From Octopus sinensis (taxonomy: Eukaryota), in the NCBI RefSeq assembly GCF_006345805.1, contig NC_043002.1, positions 5,580,001 to 5,644,000 of the forward strand: a DNA stretch of 64,000 bases. Direction: 5' to 3'. The position numbers were made by a program, and so were the translations under genes. The notes beneath the pieces were generated by a model, which was not told the DNA's origin, made no database searches, and saw only the letters and a program-made list of their open reading frames with translations. The first letter of the stretch is position 1; each line of letters opens with the position of its first letter. Below are positions 53,831-64,000 of this stretch, one piece after another.

Positions 53831-54850
53831 AGTTCGAAATATATAGGTACAATATAGAACGAAATACTGAAAGCAGTTGTCCGTGTATATTTTCTTCATT
53901 TTCAAAAGTTGTTTCCATTTGCAAGATACCTGATATTTTGTTTCCATCGTAAACACTCATATCAAATGTTATGCTTACACTTGTTGGAAAAATTCGTTCC
54001 ATTGCTATTCCTTCGTGATATATTCTATTTTTATTCGAGGCTAGTCTTTCCTATGGATGAGATATACATATACATATCACGTGATCACGTGACCGACCAG
54101 TCCATCAGATGTAGTTACACATCGCTGGTCACAATGCGTTCGCATTGTTTTAGCCATTCGAATGACGCCACCCCGCCGGCTAAGCGAGCAGGCCAACAGA
54201 AGAAGAGTGGGAGGAAGAGAAAGAGTGGTGAAAGAGTACAGCAGGGATCACCACCCCTTCCAGAACATCGTGGAGCTTTTAGGTGTTTTCGCTCAATAAA
54301 CACTCACAACGCCCCGAAACCGCGATCCTATGACCGCGAGTCCGCTGCCCTAACCACTGGGCCATTGCGCCTCCAGTTCGGAAATATATAGGTACAATAT
54401 AGAACGAAATACTGAAAGCAGTGTCCGTGTATATTTTCTTCATTTTCAAAAGTTGTTTCCATTTGCAAGATACCTGATATTTTGTTTCCATCGTAAACAC
54501 TCATATCAAATGTTATGCTTACACTTGTTGGAAAAATTCGTTCCATTGCTATCCTTCGTGATATATTCTATTTTTATTCGAGGCTAGTCTTTCCTATGGA
54601 TGAGATTATACATATACATATCACGTGATCACGTGACCGACCAGTCCATCAGATGTAGTTACACATCGCTGGTCACAATGCGTTCGCATTGTTTTAGCCT
54701 TCGAATGACGCCACCCCGCCGGCTAAGCGAGCAGGCCAACAGAAGAAAGAGTGGGAGAAAGAGTGGTGAAAGAGTACAGCAGGGATCACCACCCCTTCCA
54801 GAACATCGTGGAGCTTTTAGGTGTTTTCGCTCAATAAACACTCACAACGC
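53725..54850. repeat. Tandem duplication, about 540-bp unit bounded by SINEs
   Basis: GTTTTCGCTCAATAAACAC at 53741, 54285, 54823; the intervening unique DNA is near-identical. Confidence 0.93.
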
Positions 54851-56387
54851 CCGGTCTGGGAATCGAAACCGCGATCCTACGACCGCGAGTCCGCTGCCCC
54901 AACCACTGGGCCATTGCACCTCCACACATATACACACACTGTCCTGTTTTTGTTACCATTTTTTACCCCTCTGCGAAAAGATCTCAGAATTTTAATTGAT
55001 TTGCTTTTCGCAGGAAGGAAAGTTTCTTGTCGAAGATACGTCTCGCTTTTATCCTTCGAAACGTAGAGTAGATGAAACCATAGCGACTGAAGAAAGGGTT
55101 TTTTTCTTTGTGCTAATTGTCCTGTACTCTATTTTTTTGCTGTTTTTAAAAAGATGTCCAGTTTCTTTGGTTTGTGTCTATGTTTTCGTTTCTCATTGTG
55201 TTCGACGTCCTTTTGGTGTCCTGTACTCATATATGCGTGTATATGTACATGTAGAGGTGGGTACGTACATATATGTTTATATATATGCATATGTTTTATT
55301 TTATTTATTATATATTAATATATATATATATATATTAATATATATATTATATATATATATATATATAATATATATATATATATATTATATATATATATAT
55401 ATATATATTTATATTTCGTAACCACATTTGATGTACTGGAACGCAGTATCTTGATGATATTTCAGGGTAACTGCTCGTGATGACTCGTGTAATATCTTCC
55501 ACAGAAGTGTGACACAATCGACATGATTCTTTCCCTTTTTTTTTTTTGTTTTTTCAGTACATATATTGCGTTTATCTCCTTTTCTGCGTTACATTCGACA
55601 AAATCCAAAACAGCTTACTCTTCCTATCAAAGTTGCCATCATCCTCGAGTTTTTAAGCAACATACCCATTAATCACATTTTGTATATACAGATTGTTGAT
55701 CATAGATATCTTTCTTAAGGCACGTTAACGAGACGCTTCTGGGGTTGTAAGGAATATCTCAGCAACTGAGTTTACTTCCGACATGTAAGTTGTTCGTTTC
55801 ATTTTGTACTTGGATGACATATTATTTTAACGGCTATTGTTTAGCACTTGTTGCCTGGATAACACCATAAAATGCTCAAAGTTGTCTGATTGGTCTTAAG
55901 CCACTTTTCCTATCATTTTTTTTTCTTCAGTAGAACCTGTAGGTATCCCTGTACCTGAAGAAATGCTTTCAATTGATGTCACAGTATTATAGTTTTTAGT
56001 ATGTATGGAGTGCATTTCTTCTACAAGCCAGTCAAGTATTTCAAATGCTGGTGCTTGCTGTATATTGTTTTGTTATAAGAGGAAAGCTCTTATTTTTTTT
56101 CAATGTATTCTTCGGTCACTCTATGTTCACGTCACCTATTTATGATATATTTGCATCGATACCTAGGCATTAGTGTCGCTAAATTTGTAAAACAAGGGAG
56201 ATGGACTATTGCTATAAATATTTTGAGTTTGGGGAGAGATGTTCAACAATAAAATATGAACATTTCTTTTCACCAAATTCCATCTCGTTATCAACAGAAA
56301 ATGCTCTTAATAAGTCTGGTTGTTTCTTATCGTTGTAACTATTTCCAGTATAGATTTATAGATCATCCAGAAAGAAATTATGTTACA

Positions 56388-56691
56388 CTAGCAGTATCGC
56401 CCGGCGTTGCTCGGGTTTGTAAGGGAAACAACTATATAAGCATTTTAGAGAGTTACTTCCCTTATATAAACCGAGCAAAAAATGCATTAAAAATGCGGAA
56501 AAATGATGGTAATTTTTTTTTTTAATCGTAGACTCATCGTAGACGCGCACTAATACCCAGAAGGGCTCGATATGAATCACGACTATAAGATACCCACTTT
56601 TGGTTAAACTGCACCGCAAAATGTGGGAGTAGTTAGGAATCTAAATCGAAGTAGACAGACACACACGCAACTTCAGTTTTATATATAAAGA
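56388..56691 (-). mobile_element. Non-autonomous Helitron-like element (family of 20895-21289)
   Basis: Same TC start, hairpin and CTAG end. Confidence 0.75.
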
Positions 56692-57461
56692 TTAGTGTCT
56701 CTTGATGTAGAAACAAACACAGAATCATTGGATGTGTGTCAAAATAAAAACAAGTACACCGCTCCTTGGAACATGTATGTGTGTATGTTTGTGCTTGTAC
56801 ATGTATGTATGTAAGTATGTATGTATGTATGTATGTATGTATGTATATGCATTTATACTACTACTGCTTAGCACCAGGTCAGCCCTGCTTGTGCAGATCT
56901 AGACTATTTGATCGTTTTGTATATGGGCCCTATTTACCCGGTTTCAACTCCTTCTTTAAGACAATAGGTTGTGATATCTGGGAGATTTGACTGCTATTTC
57001 TTATAGTTTCAACAAACACTATGATAGATGGTAGCTGCTTGGTTTTGAACATTTCAGAATGCATATAATATTACAGTAAAGTTAATCTTTGCAATACGAA
57101 TAACAGATTTCGAAACCAATTTTGTTTAATACATCTTTCGATTCCCTGAGGTATTGTTGGCAAAGCCTAGCGGTTTTAAAAGATTAATGTTGTCATACTG
57201 ACATTAAGCACTCCATGCATGCCGAGCCGTCCCAAGGGTGTCACATATCCTGGGATATCTGAATTTCGCTATTGTTACAAGTATTATTTTTGAAAATTTC
57301 CGCAAAGAGTTAAAAACTGTAAATGTAGCTTGCGTTTATTATGTGAAAACACAGCGTTAAAAATCAGAGGGAAACAGATGTGTGTGTGCGTGTATGTGTG
57401 TGTGTGTGTCATATACATACGTACGTACATACATACATACATACATACATACATACATACA

Positions 57462-57492
<31 letters not shown>

Positions 57493-57689
57493 CGCTCACG
57501 CACACACAAACATAATATCTACATTACTGGCAATGATTTCAACACTTTTACTGACTAAAGGATGGCTGTATGTGAAAACATTTGGAAGAATTCTGTTGAC
57601 CTTTTAAAAATGTAACGAACTTTCTTCTAATATAAAAAATATGAACCAAAGAACAGTTGCTCCAAAGTATACATTATCCTAACTAAAAT

Positions 57690-58800
57690 ATTTTTCTCGA
57701 GTTAAATCTACAAATGTTTTCATAGCAATTTCTATGTCTATCTTTTGTTTAAAAAAATCATATCCTATACATGAAATTGCCAGAGGATTTTATGTCTTGT
57801 CTTCGACAACCTTAAATAAGTCTTTGTAAATTTTAGTTTACTACATCTTCTCACCCTTGCGGACACAGTTTATATGCATCGTAAACATTATTCTTAATGC
57901 AGCTCACAGATTTAGTATAACTTCCTGTTATAACTGTTGACGAGTCTAATGGCTTCTATCGGAAGCATTACATCTTCAGGAAATAATTCTTTTGAAATAT
58001 TTATTTCAGCCAACAGATCATTTTCTCGGTACACTAAAACTTATCCTCTTAACCTTGACACGCTAGTCTCATTTTATTTTTATCTGGCAAATATCTAATG
58101 TTATTTAAATAATATCTCCATGTGTTATTGAAACTTTGTATTTCGAATCTCTCTGTCAAAAACTTAACAGCATTGTCAACTTTTGCATTGAATACGTGAT
58201 TTTGTGGGTCATCTGTATCTGGAACCGCGTCAAGGCATTCATATTGAAACAGTATTTTTGCTTGCGGCGTACTCTTTTCCTTTAAAAAATATTCACCTAA
58301 TTCTATAGTTAATTCTTTCGCTGATGTTATTACCCTTTCATAATCATTCGCACGATGATTAATTTATTACAGGCACAAATTCAGTAATGAAACTGCAGTA
58401 TACAGTGCCACAAAGAAGCTCTACACTGTTTCGCTAGTGTTTCTCCTGCCCGAGACATGATTCCGAACATTCAACATCACAAGAAAAGTAATTTATTTGT
58501 GATACAAAAATTTCAGCTTCACAACGACTTGAAGGGTCAGGAACTGACATTTGCGAAAAATTCACAAAGTAATTCTCAGATTCCTCTAATTTCATTCATA
58601 CTTAATAACTTTGCCTCATTCAAATCTTCATTCCCATCTAGTCGCGTATAAAGATTTTGCAGTTGAGGAATTTAACATGATTTTCAGATGCTTTGACTCA
58701 TGAGTGCAATCGTTCTTTCCTTCCGAAGGTACAGAATATTCCAATTGGTTTAACACCACAACCACTACATGACAGATAAATGTAGCTGAACATGTTGATC
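57690..58800 (-). mobile_element. Decayed hAT transposase remnant
   Basis: SLYATRWE, ITSAKELTIELG, LFQYE, VDNAVKFLTERFE, and dimerisation-domain-like AALRIMFTM...RRCSKLKFTKTYLR...LAISCI. Confidence 0.65.
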
Positions 58801-59404
58801 CAGTTTTATTTCTTCTGTTACACTGAAGACAGGGAGAAAATCTTCATAATTTAGTTGCTACTTAATAATGAACACGCCCTTCTTTCTTCATAGCTTATTA
58901 ACAATTTGGACAACATTTGCGGAAACCGAATATTTCTCAAATCCCAGCGCTCAACATTAGTTAGTTTGAGCATGCATCCCTGACTGACACATACACCCTA
59001 AACACCCTTAATCTCATTGCCATCTCAAAACCCAACCTTCCCCGAGCCATCATCGTCTCTGCAACAACTGTCATGTCGTCTGACTTACTCCGTGTACCCA
59101 CCACACATCTGCACACTACACATTGCCTCGCACCTCTCAGAGCTTATGGCACTTCAAGTCAGCTGACTGGTCGAAGCTCTGATAATTTTATGCTAAATAT
59201 CTCTAACAGCACATATGATTCTTCACCTGTGACCATCAGGAAACAGATGGGTTACTGAAATCATCCCTTTAGATATGTTCCCCTACATTTGATACGCAAC
59301 AACAATCCACGTAACCAAGTCCCTAAGTTATTACTCATAGCAGTTCAGTACATATTAAGGCAAAATAAAATTATAGTATATAACACTCCTACAGACTCTT
59401 ACTC

Positions 59405-60890
59405 GGAACCAAATCTCTACTCAAGTGACACACTGTTAGGGAAAGTTAATGTCAAAGGAGGAATTCACTAGAGGAACTCGTTGTCTCCTTTAATATTTGT
59501 CTTATGTTTTATCTCCCTCAGTCTAGTGTTAAGGAAGACAAAGGCAGGGTATCAGTTCAAAAATAGTAAGGGAAAAATTAACCATTTGCTCCACATGGAT
59601 GGTCTGAGGCATTTTAGTAAGAATGAAAAGGAGTTAGCTTCCTTAATACAAACAGTAAGACTTTTCAGCAAAGATATAGGCATGGAATTTGGAATAGATA
59701 TGTCTGCAATATTATTCATGAGAAGGGGACAGGTAGTCAACAGCGAAGGCATCCAATTACCAGATGGCCAGGCATTAAAATCATTGAAAGGAGGAGATCG
59801 TTATAAGTATCTAGGAGTATTATAATTTGACAGGGTAATAACTATAGAAATGACAATGAAAATTGAGAAGGAGCACATCAGATGGGTGAGGAAGTTAATG
59901 AAATCAAAGCTAAATGGCCCGAATCTAATGAAGGCTGTAAATACTTGGGCATTATCATTACTTAGATACTCAACAGCTTTTGTAGATTGGACAAAAACTG
60001 AAGTAGCAAAGCTAGACAGAAGAACTAGGAAGGAATTCAATATGAATGGAGGACTCCACTCAAGGGCAGGAGTAGCAAGATTATACTTACCTAGAAAGGA
60101 AGACGGAAGAGGGTTGATATCAGTAGGAAGACTGCGTGGAGTTAGCTAGATTAGATATAGACTCTTATGTAGATAATAGTGAAGAAAGTTTATTAAAAGC
60201 TGCTAGAGTCACAGCAAGACATAGGGAAACCAAAACCCAATCAAAGTTAAAAACCAGGAAAAAGAACAGAAATTATCTGACTGGCAGGAGAAGGCGTTGC
60301 ATGGTAGATTCCCAAAGATAGTCGCAGCAAATAGTAGTAATGAGACATGGTTATGGTTGCAGAAAGGAAAGCTCAATGGGGAGACAGAAAGTTTGTTAGT
60401 AGCTACACAAGATCAAGTATTAAGGACTAATTGGATAAAAGCCAATATTGACAAAAATCAAGCAGATTCTCAATGTACATTATGTAAAGCAAAATAGGAA
60501 AGCGTTATTCATATAGCAAATGAATGTAGCATGCTGGCACAGAAAGAATACAAGAAAATGCATGACAATCTAGGAGGATTAATCCACTGGGAGTTATACA
60601 GAAAGCTAGGATTTGAACACATTGATAAATAGTACGAACATAAACCTAGTAACGTACTAGAAAGTAAGATATACAAGATGTTGTGGGACTTCAACATTCA
60701 GACTGACAGAGTAATGGAAGCTAGAAGGCCTCATTTGGTAGTAATAGATAAGGAGAATAGAAAGTACAAGATAATCGAATTTACAGTCCCAAATGGTGAA
60801 AACATTAATTTGCGAAGTATAGAAAGATAGCAAAGTACCAAGATCTAGCTATTGAATTACAGAGACGATGGAAAGTGCGAGAAAAATGAC
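59405..60890 (+). mobile_element. R4/Dong-type LINE remnant (RT, CCHC, REL)
   Basis: NSLSPLIFVL, INHLLHMDGL, YKYLGVL, RLYLPRKEDGRGL, QDQVLRT, CTLCK..ESVIHIANEC..LAQKEYK.MHD, LWDFNIQTD, ARRPHLVVIDK. Confidence 0.85.
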
Positions 60891-62110
60891 CTGAAGAAAA
60901 AATATCCAGATGAGAAAGATGTAGAGTTCAAGGCAAGTCAAGGATGGTTCATGAGATTTAAGGAGCGAAGAAGTTATCTTTCCATTAAGAAGTAAGGTGA
61001 AAGAGCATCAGCTGACCGACAAGCAGCAGCGGGGTTTCCTAATGCATTAAAGAAAATCATCGAAGAAAACAGGTTTCTTCCCGAACAGATTTTTAACGTA
61101 GACGAAACTGGATGGTATTTGAAAAAATTGCCAGACTGTTCGTTCATTTCCAAGGAGAAAACTATTCCAGGCTACAAGGTCTCAAACGAACGTATGACCA
61201 TTATGTTGAGAGATTTTAAGTTAAAGCCATTGCTTGTGTATCATGCACACAACCCCCGTACCCTGAAGTACATACCCAAGGCATCTCTCCCTGTTATATG
61301 GATGGCTAATTCAAAAGCATGGGCTAGTTTTGTTTTTGAAGATTGATTCTTCAATCATTTTATCCCAACAGCAGAGAAGTAAAATATGGAGAAGGGGATT
61401 CTTTTTAAGGTTTTATTTATCTTAGATAATGCTCCTGGTCAACCGCAAAACATCGTAGATTTTGATCCTAAAGTTACCGTCATATACCTCCCTCCGAACA
61501 CCACGTCTTAAGCGTACGGTGCGGCAAGCAACAGCTGCAACAGATCTTGATGAGTCCATCACACTTCGTAACTTTTAGAAAAGGTAGGATATCTATAAGG
61601 CTGTACAGAACATAGCAGTGGCATGGAATGATGTACAGAGCGTGGCTATCAATGGTGTATGGAGAAGATATGCCAGAAATTCGTGAATGATTTTAAGGGT
61701 TATGATAATGTTGCCATCAACAAAACGTTAGTGACTACGAGCAAAGAACTGGAAATGGATTTGGAAGTGGAGGATTTCACGGATTTCTTTGAAAAATACA
61801 AGCAACCCCTGACGAACGAGGATTTGATAGAGCTTCACGAGCACCAAAATAAAGAAGAGGAAGTCGAACCTGAGTCACGTCACTTTACCATTAAGAAAAT
61901 GCAGCAAGCATTTGCATATATCGAAAAAGGTCTTTCTATGTTTGAGGATATAGATCCAAATGCTCAGCGCTTTTCCAAGATTATGGGGCCTTGTCACGAA
62001 GCTTTTTCTCCTTATAATATAATCCTTGAGGAAAAGAAGCGCATCGAATAGCAAGAACAGTCAGAGTCAGCTGTTGACGTTGACGATCCACAGCCATCTA
62101 CATCCGCGAT
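60890..62110 (+). mobile_element. Tigger/pogo transposase remnant
   Basis: FKASQGWFMRFKER, QIFNVDETG, LKPLLVYHAHNPR, ILDNAPG, YLPPNTTS, LTNEDLIEL; stops and an internal deletion. Confidence 0.88.
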
Positions 62111-62615
62111 GTAGGCCACCAAATGGTATGTACGTATTGGTAAGTTTAAAATAATTGAGCTTTCTTTATTACAAAATAATAATAATTATATAATTATTGA
62201 ATTTGTTTTTTAAGCTTAAAAAAGGCTTTTATTTTCCCATGTCTTACTGAAAACCTCATTCATAAATAAAGCGTCCACGATGTACGATAAACACCACCAA
62301 TTTGTATTCGTAAATTTAGATTGCTTTTTTTTTTTACTGTACTGTATTAAAAAATAAAAATAATTTGTTTGTAAGCTTAAAATAGGTTTTTTATTAAACA
62401 TGTATTATTGAAAATTCATTCATAAATAAAATACAGAACTGGGAATGGTTATTATCGATTTAGCGTAGAGGCAAGTAAATTCGGCCTAGCCTAGCATAGA
62501 GACAAGTTAATTCAACTTAAGTCGTGTCTCCTGGAACTAATTAACGAAGTAGGGTTAGGTATGCCTAAATATATATGTGTGAGTGTGTGTGTGTGTGTAT
62601 AAATATATATGAGTG

Positions 62616-62641
<26 letters not shown>

Positions 62642-62646
<5 letters not shown>

Positions 62647-62980
62647 GGCGCATGGCTTAGTGGTTAGAGCGCCGAGCTTACGATCATGAGGTTGTGAGTT
62701 CGATTCCCGGAGCGGGCTGTGTGTTTTGTTCTTGAGCAAGACACTTTATTTCACGTTGCTCCAGTTTCACTTACCTGTAGAAATGACTTGCAACGTCACT
62801 GGTACCAAGCTGTATCGGCCCCTTTCCCCTTCCCTTGGATAACATCGGTGGCGTGGAGAGAGGAGGCTGGTATGCATGGGCAACTGCTGGCCTTCCACAA
62901 ACAACCTTGCCCAGACTTGTGCCTCGGAGGGTAACTTTCTGGGTGCAATCCCATGGTCATTCATGGCCGAAGGGGTCTCC
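62642..62980 (+). mobile_element. tRNA-headed SINE (family 4)
   Basis: GGCGCATGGCTTAGTGGTTAG...GAGTTCGATTCCCGG head, TTGAGCAAGACACTTT CORE-like motif. Confidence 0.75.
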
Positions 62981-64000
62981 TATCATATATATAAAATATA
63001 TATATATATATATTATATCTATATATATATATTATATATATATACATATATTATATATATATATATATATATAATATATATATATATATATAATATATAA
63101 TATTATATATATATAATATTATTGTCATATTGATATGTTTTGTAGCCACAATGTGAATGATTTAAAAAAAAATTTATTGTCAAGTTCTGGTTGGCAATAA
63201 TTAAGAAAAGATCATAAGGTGGTGGATTGGCAGAAACGTTAAGGAATCGGTATTTAGTTCAACCACTCAGCATACGGAGTTCAAGTTCTACCAAAGACAT
63301 CTCTGCTCTTCATTCTTTCGAGAGTCGTTAAAATAAAGTACAAGTCAAGCAGTGGGCCGATGGTATCGACTACTCACCCTCTCCTCCCCTCAGTTGCCCG
63401 GTTTATGCCTAAATCAGAAACCATTTAAGATGATAAACTGGCAGAATCGATAGAACCTCTGAAAATTTAGAGTCTATAGGTCCTGGGTTCAAATTAGACT
63501 AATGTCATCTTTTCATCTCTCCTGGGTCGATGAGATAAAGAATCAGTCAAGAACTGGAATCAATGGTATCGATTAACCCACTTCTTCAAAATTCCAGGCC
63601 TTGTGCCGATAGTAGAATGGATTAAATCATCATCATCATCATCATTTTTATCACCTCTCATTTTGAACTTGACAAAGACAGACTTACTGTCGAAATATCG
63701 TTCAACCAATAAAATACCTATTACAATCGAATCGCTCACTTCGTCTTGACTGTTTACCTTTGTGAAGAGTTACGAAAATCCTTTTTAAAATATTATTATT
63801 ATTATTACTATTATTCCCCCAAAAGTTTCAAGGCCTTGTGCTTAGAGCAGAAATCATTATTATTATTATCATTATTATTACTATTTCACGAATTAGTGGA
63901 ATTTTTGTAATCAGATAAACATTCCTAGTGGCATTTGTATCGGCCATTTACCTTCCGAGTTTTATTTCCGACAAGGTCAACTTTGCCTTTCATCTTTCAT

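Noticed and set aside
55600-56100. Protein-like minus-strand frames
   Set aside because: Multiple stops and no recognisable family motif.

Overview
AT-rich animal DNA, most likely octopus (inferred from tRNA-derived SINE families and very dense (TA)n/(TAGA)n/(TACA)n/(CA)n tracts; no search was run). I find no intact host gene, true tRNA/rRNA or CRISPR array, and most ORF-track entries are translated microsatellites. The window is a layered transposon graveyard: two Tx1/L1-type LINE copies inside (TAGA)n, CR1-, R4- and REL-type LINE remnants, Penelope-like element (PLE) remnants, Tc1, Tigger/pogo and hAT remnants, Helitron-like elements, a probable LTR with PBS, and more than 20 SINE pieces. 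Strongest leads: (1) an intronless, decayed USP/C19 deubiquitinase-like domain (Cys box, QxxAQEF box, His/Asp box) directly upstream of a PLE thumb + GIY-YIG region that ends in a hammerhead motif (13692-15925); (2) two dispersed families of short microsatellite-flanked elements with minimal hammerhead folds and non-canonical cores; (3) a repeated (TA)n-leader-foldback-(TA)n architecture; (4) apparent (TATC)n targeting by the Tx1-like LINE; (5) a LINE/SINE shared 3' stem-loop with compensatory changes. All protein assignments come from manual translation and motif recognition.
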